Positions 28,515 to 38,388 of a stretch of DNA of 64,000 nt are shown piece after piece. The stretch comes from Turneriella sp. (GTDB taxonomy: Bacteria; Spirochaetota; Leptospiria; Turneriellales; Turneriellaceae), in the NCBI GenBank assembly GCA_965279515.1, contig CBDIID010000003.1:2944001-3008000 (forward strand), in the 5' to 3' direction. The position numbers and the translations under genes were made by a program. The stretch's first letter is position 1, and each line of letters starts with the position of its first letter. Under the pieces are notes generated by a model. That model worked only from the letters and a program-made list of their open reading frames with translations. It was not told where the DNA came from and did no database searches.

Positions 28515-29009
28515 ATGAAAAAATATATGAAAGCGATATTATTCGCTGTATTACCTTTGGTTGCGTTAATGAACTGCCAGAACACTAGCGATTCTGCTGG
28601 CAACGATGGAGGAGGTGATCAAAAAGTACCAGGTACTAACACGATGACGTTTAAGCTGAACGGCGCTATCGTAACGATGTCAGGCATAGCCTACACCAAA
28701 GGCAATGGTGAATCTTTCATTGGTAAACAAGGAGAGGGGAGATATATTCAAATACCTTCGGTTGCCGACCTTACCAGCGGCAATTTTGATAAAGATTCCA
28801 ACCCAGGTTATTTTTTGCAGTATAGTGAAAATACCCAAGGTACCCTCGTTACTTACGTGAGTGGTGCAAATGATGCAAATACCACTTTCGCTGTGACCGT
28901 TAGTGCGACCGAAATTTCTGGTACTTTTTCAGGTGTAGTCCGCCGGGTTGAGAATGGGAATGTAACCCTCGTGAATGTGACTGAAGGTAGCTTTCGGGTG
29001 AATAAATAA
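28515..29009 (+). CDS. Hypothetical lipoprotein, AT-rich
   Basis: RBS AGGAG, lipobox LMNC, C-terminal GTFSG....VTEGSF beta motif. Confidence 0.75.
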   Translation: MKKYMKAILFAVLPLVALMNCQNTSDSAGNDGGGDQKVPGTNTMTFKLNGAIVTMSGIAYTKGNGESFIGKQGEGRYIQIPSVADLTSGNFDKDSNPGYFLQYSENTQGTLVTYVSGANDANTTFAVTVSATEISGTFSGVVRRVENGNVTLVNVTEGSFRVNK

Positions 29010-29029
29010 AGGCGGATTTCACATTTTCA

Positions 29030-29746
29030 TCAGAAAAAATTGTACCCCACGGTAAAACTAACCGTGGGGGTGTGCACGTAACGAGAATAAATTTCATTTA
29101 AATAAGTTTCTGTAGATACTGCAAAGGCTTCGGTGATTCTCGGAAACGTAGGCCGGTAATTCGCCGTGACCGAAGTTCCTGAGGCGACAGTGAATGCCCC
29201 GCCAATCGACGCCCTGAAGTAAATCTGATTCCAGAACCATTCCCAGCCGAGTTCGATATCGAGCATATGTAACGTCGAGTTTACCGTGAATGTTTTTCCT
29301 GATGCGGCACCGCCGTCGCTCAATGCGCCACCGGTTGTACCCGATATGATTTCCGCCGCGCTGGCTCCGCCACCGAGAGCCACGAGCCCGTAACCGGCTT
29401 CGACGTGGAAGCCTGATTTTTCAAACGGCCTGAACCCCGCATGGAGGCGCCACACCAGGGAGCTTTTGAGTGTCGTACGGATGAGGTCTGCGGTCGACTG
29501 GCTGTACGTGCCAGAGCTCACCATAACAGAATTGATCGTGTTGATATAGCCTTCGGGGAGGAATCCCAGGCTTGAGGAAATTCTAAACCGGTTGGGAAAT
29601 TCGATACCCACCCGGCCGCCGACCGATAAGGGCAGGTCGGTATGTGCGCCGGCGTTGAGGTGCAGTTTGTCATCTGCCGCAGAAATCCCGCCGACGCACA
29701 TGATGATTGCGACCGGGAGCAAAGCCCACGCTTTATTACAATTCAT
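29030..29746 (-). CDS. Putative outer-membrane beta-barrel protein
   Basis: Signal peptide from ATG 29746, alternating beta pattern, C-terminal GYNFF. Confidence 0.65.
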   Translation of the reverse strand: MNCNKAWALLPVAIIMCVGGISAADDKLHLNAGAHTDLPLSVGGRVGIEFPNRFRISSSLGFLPEGYINTINSVMVSSGTYSQSTADLIRTTLKSSLVWRLHAGFRPFEKSGFHVEAGYGLVALGGGASAAEIISGTTGGALSDGGAASGKTFTVNSTLHMLDIELGWEWFWNQIYFRASIGGAFTVASGTSVTANYRPTFPRITEAFAVSTETYLNEIYSRYVHTPTVSFTVGYNFF

Positions 29747-29849
29747 TTTGATACCCGCAGCAATTCCGGCGCCAGCTTGGGGCAGTACATCCAAATTTCG
29801 CCTGCTTCTTGACTTGACGCAAGGGCGGTTTGCCTGTTTTCACCAAGCC

Positions 29850-30671
29850 ATGAAGGTATCATACGTATTTTTTTTATCCGTGGGATTCTCCTCGTTCGCA
29901 TCGCTTTCCGCCCAGGCGGTTATCAGCAACTGCGAATCAGAATTCTATGATGTGACGGGTGAAAACGGCAGTGAATTGGTCGACCAGATGAGGGCGCAAA
30001 ATAAGGCCCGCGGCGGCTTCTTTGCTTACACCAGTTACAGCTATAAGTCATCGTGCAAAACGCTGACACTGAAGTGTTCCGTGCGTATGCCGCGTTGGGT
30101 CGACTATGCGACCTCGCAAAACAAAATCCTCAAAGCGAAATGGGACAAGTTTTTCCCGCAGCTCGTCGCGCACGAACAAGGGCATGTCGACCGCTTCAAC
30201 GACGCGATGAAAGCCGCCGAAGAAGCAGCCGCCGAGTTGACTTGCGCGAAAGCCGCTAAGCTATTCAAAACCGAATATACCAAAATGGCCAAGGGACAAA
30301 AAAAATACGACGCAGATACCAGGCATGGTGTCAGTACCGGGGCGTCGTTTAGCGGCGCGAACTACGTGGGAATTGCCTATTCGGCGAAGAGCGGGTCCGT
30401 CGGTTTTTCCTTCGACCAGGAGACGCAAGATGCAGCGAAAACCCGCGCCCTGGCCGAGTGTAAGGCTAAGGACTGCAAGTTCGTGCAATGGGCTAATGGC
30501 GATGAGATGTGCGTCAGTCTCGCCGTGACCCCTAAAAAGGCCTATGGCTACGCGCATGGCAAAGGCCGCAGCGAAGCTGAAGAGAAGACATTGGCAACCT
30601 GTGGCAAGTTTGGCGCGGATTGCAAGATCAAAACTACGGTTTGTGCGGGAGACGGCAAGGTCTCGGACTAG
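29850..30671 (+). CDS. Secreted DUF922-like zinc metalloprotease fused to a DUF4189-like Cys-rich domain
   Basis: Signal peptide from ATG 29850; YDVTG, AHEQGH, Q..YD..TRHG; then GIAYS...ALAEC...C.SLA...C.IKTTVC. Confidence 0.7.
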   Translation: MKVSYVFFLSVGFSSFASLSAQAVISNCESEFYDVTGENGSELVDQMRAQNKARGGFFAYTSYSYKSSCKTLTLKCSVRMPRWVDYATSQNKILKAKWDKFFPQLVAHEQGHVDRFNDAMKAAEEAAAELTCAKAAKLFKTEYTKMAKGQKKYDADTRHGVSTGASFSGANYVGIAYSAKSGSVGFSFDQETQDAAKTRALAECKAKDCKFVQWANGDEMCVSLAVTPKKAYGYAHGKGRSEAEEKTLATCGKFGADCKIKTTVCAGDGKVSD

Positions 30672-30718
30672 AAAGGTCAAAGTAATCGACGCCCTGTGTC
30701 GAAGGCCCATACTGCCGC

Positions 30719-30937
30719 GTGGCCAAAGAAGAGGCAATTTCGGTTAACGGCACCATTAAAAAGGCGCTGCCCAACGCGATGTTTCTCGTCGAGCTCGAAA
30801 ACGGCCATGAAATCCTCGGGCATATTTCCGGTAAAATGCGCAAGCATTACATCCGTATCAACCCCGGCGACAAGGTCTCGGTCGAGCTTTCTCCTTACGA
30901 TTTAACCCGCGGCCGCATTACCTACCGCGTTGCATAA
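30719..30937 (+). CDS. infA: Translation initiation factor IF-1
   Basis: MAKEEAI...[23 protein letters not shown]...[15 protein letters not shown]. Confidence 0.98.
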   Translation: MAKEEAISVNGTIKKALPNAMFLVELENGHEILGHISGKMRKHYIRINPGDKVSVELSPYDLTRGRITYRVA

Positions 30938-32255
30938 ATTCCACAAACGCTTTCGCGTATTCGCTGCTTGATCCTGCTCCCATAAACACCGCTGCGCTCT
31001 TGCGCCCGTCGATGCCAAGACTTTGCAGATCAAATTTTTCTTTCGCTGCCACATGCAGATAGGGGGATTTCTGAAAGCGCTGAAATAATTTCTCCGCTTC
31101 CGGGTAATCCACCGCCTTATCGCCCGAGGCATAGATCGGTAAAGAGAAGAGACTGTGCTTCGCCGCATAACTTTCCAGCACCGCCGCAAACTCGGCATGA
31201 AAATGCGTGAAGCGGCTCAGGCGGTGCGGCTCCCAGAAAATCAATAGCCTTTCATACTGGCCCGCCAACGCCTCGAGCGTCGCCGCCACTTCATGGGGGT
31301 GGTGTGCATAGTCGTCGATCACTGTCAGATTCACGTCGGGAAACGCAGCGAGGCGCTGCATGCGGCGGTTCACGCCGCCATAGGCTGCGAGGCTTTCCGC
31401 TATGATAGCTTCTTGGATACCTAAGCGCAACCCCAGCTGCAGTACCAATGTTGCATTCATGAGGTTATGTTTGCCCGCAAGGCCGACGGGGTATGTTTTG
31501 CCCGATGCTGAGATGCTGTGTCTCTCCACAGAAACAGAAATTGCCGCACCTGCCTTGTCTTCAGCGGTCAAGAGCGTCTGCAGTTGGCCGGTACATTCGT
31601 AACTGAGATGAATCCAGCCGCCATTCTTTTGCGCCGTGGCGGCAAAATCACAGAAGTCGCGCTCGAGCGATTCGAGGCTGGGATGGATATCCGTGTGGTC
31701 GAGATCGACGTTCGTCACCAGCGCGACGCGGCTATCAATGGAAAGAAAACTGCGGTCCGATTCATCGGCCTCAATGACGAGAATATTTTTTCCGTCGCGC
31801 TGGCCCTGGCCCTCGCGGTAATTCGAATTCCATTCTGGCACTGTGCCGCCGATGAGCGCCGTGGGGTCCATACCCGCGCGCGTCAAAAGATCGGCGATCC
31901 AGGCGCTCGTTGTCGTTTTGCCATGGCAACCCGCAATCGCCAATGTGAAGTAATCCGCCGTGATGAGCTTCAAGAGCGAATGGCGCGGTTCACAGGCAAA
32001 GCCGTTGCGTTCGGCAAAATGCCGTTCCGCGTCATCGGCCTTGATGGCCGTAGAGTAATAGACGTGCGCACCGGGGGAGATCCCACCGGGGTTTGAGCCT
32101 ACCCAGGTCTGGATGCCCTTCTCAGCCAGCTTTTGCAGATACGGCGAATCGTTTTTGTCAGATGCCGTGATCTCGGCGCCCATACGTTTCAGCAGCAACG
32201 CGAGGCCGCTCATGCCGACGCCGCCGGCGCCGATGATGTGGATCTTGGGGGTCAC
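30918..32255 (-). CDS. murC: UDP-N-acetylmuramate-L-alanine ligase
   Basis: [37 protein letters not shown] motifs; GTG start coupled to the upstream TGA. Confidence 0.93.
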   Translation of the reverse strand: MTPKIHIIGAGGVGMSGLALLLKRMGAEITASDKNDSPYLQKLAEKGIQTWVGSNPGGISPGAHVYYSTAIKADDAERHFAERNGFACEPRHSLLKLITADYFTLAIAGCHGKTTTSAWIADLLTRAGMDPTALIGGTVPEWNSNYREGQGQRDGKNILVIEADESDRSFLSIDSRVALVTNVDLDHTDIHPSLESLERDFCDFAATAQKNGGWIHLSYECTGQLQTLLTAEDKAGAAISVSVERHSISASGKTYPVGLAGKHNLMNATLVLQLGLRLGIQEAIIAESLAAYGGVNRRMQRLAAFPDVNLTVIDDYAHHPHEVAATLEALAGQYERLLIFWEPHRLSRFTHFHAEFAAVLESYAAKHSLFSLPIYASGDKAVDYPEAEKLFQRFQKSPYLHVAAKEKFDLQSLGIDGRKSAAVFMGAGSSSEYAKAFVEFMQRGR

Positions 32256-32578
32256 TGCCACGGGTCGAGTACGCAGCCGTAACGATCGCCGGTGTAACGC
32301 GCCGTGGTCGTGACAAACATGCCTTTGACTGTCACGCTGCGTTTTTCCTGGTCGAGCTGAAAACTTTGGATCGGCACCCACTGCCGCGCGAAGTTATGGC
32401 ATTCATCGACGGTGCCTTCTGTTACAAAGAAGCAGGAGCAGAATTCCTTACTGTAAAACGCGGAAATAATTTTCGGAAACGCCGCCGTATGTTTGAAGTT
32501 GATGAGCAGGTAGACGGCGATGACAGCGAGCAATAAGCCCAATGCCTGGAAGAATCGCTTGAAGATTTTCTTAATCAT
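32252..32578 (-). CDS. Small membrane-anchored protein partnering the serine hydrolase
   Basis: N-terminal TM; SAFYSKEFCSCFFV and GC motifs; translationally coupled on both sides. Confidence 0.75.
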   Translation of the reverse strand: MIKKIFKRFFQALGLLLAVIAVYLLINFKHTAAFPKIISAFYSKEFCSCFFVTEGTVDECHNFARQWVPIQSFQLDQEKRSVTVKGMFVTTTARYTGDRYGCVLDPWQ

Positions 32579-33768
32579 GGCGTGTTCTCCAGGATGTTTT
32601 TGAGAAGGCCCAGGTACTTGTTTTTATCAAACGAACCATCGCGGTCGTCGGCCAGCCGTACGGCGATGATGTCGAGCGATGGTATCACATAGAGGGATTG
32701 CCCCCAGTGCCCCAGAGCCGCAAATGTATCGGGCGGTGCATCGGGCCAGGGCGGCTTTTGCCCGCGTTCGGGTATGCCCTGGTTGATATACCACTGTGCG
32801 CCTGGGTTATCCTTCGCGTCTTCTTCATTGAGTTGCGTGGTATAATACGCAGGGGCCATCGTCGCAGTATAACGCACCCACTTCTCAGGCAGCAGGCGCC
32901 GGCCTTGCCAGACACCGTCGTGCAGGTAGAGATAGCCAAAACGCGCGAGGTCGCGGCCCGTCGTGTAGAGGTATGATGAGCCGACTGGCGTGCCGGCACC
33001 GTCGCGCTCGAAGGTCGTAAAACGCATGCCGATGGTTTTGAAGAGGCGGTTGAAGACAAGGTCCTCAAATTGATTGCCATAGATATTCTTCACCATCGCC
33101 GTTAGCATATTACTGGTGCCACTCGAATAATACCAAAATGTTCCCGGCGGGTGCATGACATCCTGAGAAGCCGCGAAGGCTGCCGTGTCGTTGCGGCCCC
33201 GCGTGTAGAGCATGGCGACGACGCTCGATTTGAGAGGCGACGCTTCGTAGCCTTCAGACCAGTGAAGCCCCGAACTCATGCGCAGCAGGTGGTCGATCTG
33301 GATGCTGTCTTTCCCTGGCACAGCGAGCGGCGGGTAATATTTCGCCGCCGGTTCTTCGATCTTCAGTTTATTGTCGAGTACGGCCATGCCCACGAAAGTA
33401 TTTACAAAACTCTTCGTCACCGACCAGGCCAGGTGCTTGCGGTTTTTATGGAACTCGCGGCCATACCGTTCGTAAACAATATTGCCGCCGCGCACCAGTA
33501 CAAAAATATCCGTGCGAATGCCCTTGCGTTCTGTCTCTTTTCCCGTTGTGGTAAAGAGGTATTGCTCGAGGTTCTTCAGCTTCTCACGGTTAATACCGGC
33601 CTTCTCAGGCGAGAGCTCAGGCCACTCAGCGCCGGGGTAGGCATTGATTTTCGCCGTGGTCTCAAAAGTGGCGGGTAATGCCTCGCGCTGCTGCGCGGGC
33701 AGAAGCGGCTTTTTCGCGCACGCAACCAGAAGGGGGATGGCAATCAGCGCCAAAAGCATCTGCTTCAT
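32575..33768 (-). CDS. Serine hydrolase (beta-lactamase/AmpC-like family), lipoprotein
   Basis: Lipobox LVAC, SVTK (SxxK), LLRMSSGL, YSS, RDLARFG, GHWGQ. Confidence 0.9.
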   Translation of the reverse strand: MKQMLLALIAIPLLVACAKKPLLPAQQREALPATFETTAKINAYPGAEWPELSPEKAGINREKLKNLEQYLFTTTGKETERKGIRTDIFVLVRGGNIVYERYGREFHKNRKHLAWSVTKSFVNTFVGMAVLDNKLKIEEPAAKYYPPLAVPGKDSIQIDHLLRMSSGLHWSEGYEASPLKSSVVAMLYTRGRNDTAAFAASQDVMHPPGTFWYYSSGTSNMLTAMVKNIYGNQFEDLVFNRLFKTIGMRFTTFERDGAGTPVGSSYLYTTGRDLARFGYLYLHDGVWQGRRLLPEKWVRYTATMAPAYYTTQLNEEDAKDNPGAQWYINQGIPERGQKPPWPDAPPDTFAALGHWGQSLYVIPSLDIIAVRLADDRDGSFDKNKYLGLLKNILENTP

Positions 33769-33848
33769 GGTACAAGGATGCACCGAGATCGGCGGCGACA
33801 AGAATGTTAATGGCTGCCGGTTTTCCGTGGCGGAATGGTGCTGCAAAT

Positions 33849-34325
33849 CTATTCGAGGCGGGCGATTTCGCCGATGAGTTTTTCCAGGACAGGATTTTTT
33901 ACGGGTGTATTTGCGGCTACGCCCGTAAGTATCGGTTCAGTGACTTCTTTTTTACTCCAATCGATGCGCCGCGAGGCCTGGGGAATAATCTTTACGGTGA
34001 TGCCATAACGGGCAGTGATTTTTTTCTCTACGACTGGTGCAATCATCTTGAGTTCATTGGCGAAGGTATTATGATCACAGGCAACAATGAGATTTCTGCC
34101 CTTCAAAGCTTCGGGTACCGAATGCGTTGCAAGCAGGGGGCTGGCGAGTTCAGCCCAGTCCTGGTGGAAGCGCGCGAGCAGGTATTCGCGTTCGGCCGAT
34201 TCGGCCTGCGAGGGATGCACGACGCGAAGAATTTCTACCCAGTCGCGGTTCTTCAGCCGCTCGGCGTCGCGTTCGAGTTCGTCGGGCGAGCTATGGCGGC
34301 GGAATAACGGGCGCAGGGGGCGCAT
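33849..34325 (-). CDS. DUF721/DciA family protein
   Basis: W..L....LA.HS.P......L.V.CDH..FANEL motif. Confidence 0.75.
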   Translation of the reverse strand: MRPLRPLFRRHSSPDELERDAERLKNRDWVEILRVVHPSQAESAEREYLLARFHQDWAELASPLLATHSVPEALKGRNLIVACDHNTFANELKMIAPVVEKKITARYGITVKIIPQASRRIDWSKKEVTEPILTGVAANTPVKNPVLEKLIGEIARLE

Positions 34326-34328
34326 AGC

Positions 34329-37052
34329 CTACTGCTTGATCAGCACAAACCTGCGTGAATATTGTTTCACGACATTCTGCGGTTTCATGGGCAGGGGCAG
34401 GTTCTTTACCTCGGTAAAGAGCGGAATCATATCGTCATAGTGTTTCGATTCGGCATTGCCTGAAACGCCCATATGAACCATCAGTTGCGCCGGTTCTTCC
34501 TGTGAGAAATCGACGATGAAGCGCATCGCCGGTATCAGCCAGATATCGTTGGAATCTCCCCACAGGTTGCCGGCCTGGCTGAGCGTATGCAGGTCGCCGC
34601 CCGCCGCGTGTGGCCCGCGGTTCAGGTAGCCCTTGAGAAACCCTGCCTTTTTGGTGAATTCGTGGCGCCAGTAATACTGGTGAATCTTGCCCCAGGCCCA
34701 GTCGCCGCGCGTCGAACCCATTTGCTTTTCAGAAAGTGTCACGGCTTCGGCGAGTGCCGCAGCGAAGATCATTGCCTTGGTTTCTTTTTCGGGCGTCGCC
34801 GTATTATCCCAGAACGGGCTATCGGCGCGGCCCAGCAGGTGATCCTGCACGGCGTTATAAGAACGTTTGTTGATGGCCTGAAAGTTCGTCCATAGTTGCG
34901 AGCCCTTGCCACCGAGTTCATCCGCAAAAGTGAGGATTGCCACTGCAGCAGCAAAATTCTCGTAAATCGCGGCGGCGGCCGAATTTTTGTCGAGGCTGCC
35001 GTCGAACTTGCGGAAGATTTCGAGAGCTTCCTGCGCCTTGATATTTTCCGCTGCAGGCAATTGTTCGATCGCCTGTGTCAGCTCGGCGCTGAAGCCCGGT
35101 GCGAACAGTAGCTCTTTGACACGCCTCGCGGTATGCGAGAATACATCGCCCTGGAACTTCGCCATATCGGCCGCAGTGTGCTGCGTTCCCTGCGCCAGCA
35201 GTTCTCTCGCGCGGCCGGCCCGGTCTTCACCATAGTATGAAGATGAAACCCAGAGTTCGCTGGAATCGTCCCAGACGCGGTGGTTGGCTGTAGCGAGGTA
35301 GCCTTCCTTGGGGTTTAGGGCCGATGGGTTTTCCGACGGGGCGTATGCGCCATCCCAATCGTCTTCACCCGTCCAGCCGATGCGCGGAAAAAGGCCCGTA
35401 GCACCCTTACGCGCCGGGTACTTACCTGTTGCTACCCAGCCGATATTTTTTTCATCCGCGTATACAATGTTGAGATAGATGCCTGTGACTTTGTCGAGCG
35501 CCGCGCGCGCCTCTTTCATGGTCTTCGCAGACGCCATTTCGAAGATACCGTTCATGGTGGTTTCACGGGCGCCCACCGTGGTGCGGTAGGCGAGGCCGTA
35601 ATCGCTCTTGATGCTGAGCGCCAGGTGCGGGTCGGGGAAAGCATGTGAAAAGGCAGAGTTCAGCAGCACGCCGTGCCGGGTGCGTATGCGTTTAAATTCG
35701 TGGGTCTTGCCGCCGCGGATACCGATCGTCTCGGGCGTCACCGTCGCGTCTTCCCATTTGCCTTTGTAGAGGTACTGGGTTTTACCCCCCTCTTCGCGGG
35801 TCTGTTCGAGAAAGATATCCTGGTTATCGGCCATGACCATCGTTGCGCCCCAGGCGATCGTGCCATTGGTGCCCAGTGCGACGATCGGCGTGCCGGGCAG
35901 CGCTACGCCTGCTGCACGGTATTCGGGGCATTCGAGGTTCATCATGTACCACATCGCGGGTACAGTCATCTGCAGGTGCGTGTCGTTCGCAAGCAGCGAC
36001 TTGCCATTCTTCGCGCGTGAGGGCGCGACGATCCAGTTATTCGATGCGGGCAGGGACGGCGTCGGAATCAGGTTTTGCCAGAGTTCGCCGGCTTTACCGA
36101 GCTCTGCCTTCAGCTGGGCATCGCCGTTGGTGATTTTTTTCAGGTCGATGTCCTTGAGGTGGCTCGCCTGTTCAAACGGAATCGCTTCGTCGTCGTAGAT
36201 CGGGAACAGCCAAGCCGCTTTCTCGAGGCCGAGATTTGCTGCAAACTTGAGGAATGTCACTTCTTCGACATGGTTCGTCGCGAGCAGCAATGAAAACAGC
36301 TGGTAGAGCGCGAGTGAGTCTTCAGGTTTCCATTCTTCGGCCTTCAGCCCCAACAGCAGGAATTCAAATTGTTTATCGGGGTAGGCCGCGCGCTGCGCAT
36401 TGATACCCGCCGCGAACGACGTCAGCATGCCTTGTAATTTGGGATTAATGATACGGAAGTTTTTCTGCGTCAGTTCGGCAAAACCCAGCGAGCGCATGTA
36501 GACATCGACACCCACGGTTTCATCGCCTAAGACCTCGGAGAGGCGGCCATACGCCATGCGGCGCAGAAATTCGATCTGGAAGTTGCGGTCTGAAGCCATC
36601 GCAAAGCCGACACCGAATGCCATGTCGTTCAGGTTCTGAGCCTTGATGTGGGGCACGCCATAGTCGTCGCGGCTGATGGTCACGTCGGCTGAAATGGCCT
36701 GAACCGTCACAGCGCCCTCTTCGGGTACGAGGCTCTTTTTCAGCCGGCTGCGCAGCCAGATATAACCCCCGAGACCGGCGACAATGAGAATGAGTGCCGC
36801 CCAGGTCAGAATGCGGCGTTTTTTGCGCGGGCGAATCTCCGGCTCATAGGTATCAAGAACAGGCTGCTTGCCTTCAGCTTTGCGCGTCTCTTCAGTCTCG
36901 CTGGCCTGGAAAAGTGCGCTGAGTTCTGCTTCCGAAGTCGGGTCGCCCTCTTTCAGCCGGGCGCTGGTCGCGGCCGATTGCCTGCGGATCGGTGGTTTTT
37001 TGGTTTTTTTTGCCGGAGTCGTTTTTTTCGAGGTCGGTTTTTTGCGCGCCAT
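34329..37052 (-). CDS. Penicillin acylase family Ntn hydrolase (QuiP-like AHL acylase)
   Basis: RDDYGVPHI, catalytic ASNNW, LLANDTHL, ATANH, WAWGKIH; N-terminal TM anchor. Start taken at ATG 37052. Confidence 0.9.
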   Translation of the reverse strand: MARKKPTSKKTTPAKKTKKPPIRRQSAATSARLKEGDPTSEAELSALFQASETEETRKAEGKQPVLDTYEPEIRPRKKRRILTWAALILIVAGLGGYIWLRSRLKKSLVPEEGAVTVQAISADVTISRDDYGVPHIKAQNLNDMAFGVGFAMASDRNFQIEFLRRMAYGRLSEVLGDETVGVDVYMRSLGFAELTQKNFRIINPKLQGMLTSFAAGINAQRAAYPDKQFEFLLLGLKAEEWKPEDSLALYQLFSLLLATNHVEEVTFLKFAANLGLEKAAWLFPIYDDEAIPFEQASHLKDIDLKKITNGDAQLKAELGKAGELWQNLIPTPSLPASNNWIVAPSRAKNGKSLLANDTHLQMTVPAMWYMMNLECPEYRAAGVALPGTPIVALGTNGTIAWGATMVMADNQDIFLEQTREEGGKTQYLYKGKWEDATVTPETIGIRGGKTHEFKRIRTRHGVLLNSAFSHAFPDPHLALSIKSDYGLAYRTTVGARETTMNGIFEMASAKTMKEARAALDKVTGIYLNIVYADEKNIGWVATGKYPARKGATGLFPRIGWTGEDDWDGAYAPSENPSALNPKEGYLATANHRVWDDSSELWVSSSYYGEDRAGRARELLAQGTQHTAADMAKFQGDVFSHTARRVKELLFAPGFSAELTQAIEQLPAAENIKAQEALEIFRKFDGSLDKNSAAAAIYENFAAAVAILTFADELGGKGSQLWTNFQAINKRSYNAVQDHLLGRADSPFWDNTATPEKETKAMIFAAALAEAVTLSEKQMGSTRGDWAWGKIHQYYWRHEFTKKAGFLKGYLNRGPHAAGGDLHTLSQAGNLWGDSNDIWLIPAMRFIVDFSQEEPAQLMVHMGVSGNAESKHYDDMIPLFTEVKNLPLPMKPQNVVKQYSRRFVLIKQ

Positions 37053-37074
37053 CGCGGGAAGTTTGGCCCTTAGC

Positions 37075-38319
37075 TCAACTTGGCAACTCAATTTCAAAGG
37101 CGATCAGATCGGCTGTCTCGCGCCCTTCGTTTTCAAAGTCGCGTATCGTGGTGCAGCGGATGTCGCCCCTGTGCATTTGGACGATTTTCTCGACGAATGT
37201 CAATCCCAGCCCGTATTCGAGCGTTCCGTACTGCTCGTGCACGACGCGCGACAGGCGGAAAAATGGTTCGAAAATGATACGGCGGAACTCTTCGGGTATA
37301 CCGGCTGGTTCGTCGACACTGCCGGGCAGGGGCATATTGAGGATAGTCACCTGCACGCGGGTATAAAGATATTCAACAAGCACAGTCACCGTCGACCCCG
37401 GGGGTGAAAATTTCATGGCATTGAGCAGTAGTTCCTTGAGCCCCTTACGCATGAATTCCCAGTTGAGCTTCAGGTGGCCGCCGCTGAAGCGCGGATTGAG
37501 TTCGCTGAGTACGACGCGGTTTCCCTGAAGGTCGGCCTGCGGTTTTAATTCATAGATCGTATCGCGGATGATGCTGTGGAATTCCCCGAGCGTCACGTCG
37601 AAGAGGACGAAGTCCTGCGACACCAGGAGCTGCAGCTCGCCGAACATGCCGATCATATCATTCACGGCCGTCTGGTTATCGAGAATCATGTCGAGGATGT
37701 CCGTCGGTATAAGATAGTTTTTACCGTCCGGGGCTTTCTGCGAACCCGCAAGCATCGAGACGAGCGTGGTCATGGCGCCGACGCCCTTGCCCTGCGTGAA
37801 CGAGGTGTGGATGTTGCCAAACAGGGCCTTGGCAAACTTGTCGTTTTGCCGCCGCATGAGGCCCTCGGCGACACGTTTGGTGGCGAGCTGGGTCTCCAAG
37901 CGCTGTACCCGGTCTTTTTCCGTATTGCGCAAAAGTTCGTCGGAGTGCGCGTGGTCGAAGGCATTCGTCACAATCTGCTGCAGCTCTTTCGCCTCGGCTG
38001 GCTTCAGCACATAGTCGTAGGCGCCGAGGCGCAGTGTATCAATGATCTGCCGGATGCCGTTTTCGACAGTCAGCATGATGACAACCGGCGGTTTCGGCTT
38101 TTCCATCAGCCGTTTGAGAATCTCTGTTCCGGAAATGTCTCCCGGCAGGTGTACGTCGCAGATCACGACCTTATGGTTTAATTTTTCGAAGGCATCGAGT
38201 GCCTCAGTGGCATTGCCGGTAATCGTCAGGGCATAGGGCATCCCCGTTAGGATACGCTCCAGCAAGGCCTGTTGTACAGGGTCGTCGTCGACAATTAGCA
38301 GGGGTTCACGGGCGAGCAT
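37075..38319 (-). CDS. Receiver domain plus histidine-kinase-like ATPase (hybrid)
   Basis: VDDD, D.HLP, GAYDYVLKP; NAMKFS, IFEPFFR, GLGL. Confidence 0.88.
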   Translation of the reverse strand: MLAREPLLIVDDDPVQQALLERILTGMPYALTITGNATEALDAFEKLNHKVVICDVHLPGDISGTEILKRLMEKPKPPVVIMLTVENGIRQIIDTLRLGAYDYVLKPAEAKELQQIVTNAFDHAHSDELLRNTEKDRVQRLETQLATKRVAEGLMRRQNDKFAKALFGNIHTSFTQGKGVGAMTTLVSMLAGSQKAPDGKNYLIPTDILDMILDNQTAVNDMIGMFGELQLLVSQDFVLFDVTLGEFHSIIRDTIYELKPQADLQGNRVVLSELNPRFSGGHLKLNWEFMRKGLKELLLNAMKFSPPGSTVTVLVEYLYTRVQVTILNMPLPGSVDEPAGIPEEFRRIIFEPFFRLSRVVHEQYGTLEYGLGLTFVEKIVQMHRGDIRCTTIRDFENEGRETADLIAFEIELPS

Positions 38320-38388
38320 ACGAAACCTGTTAGATTATCGGCTTCGCGGCAGGGGGTTGTTGAGGGGAAGATAGCCTTCCCCGGAAAA

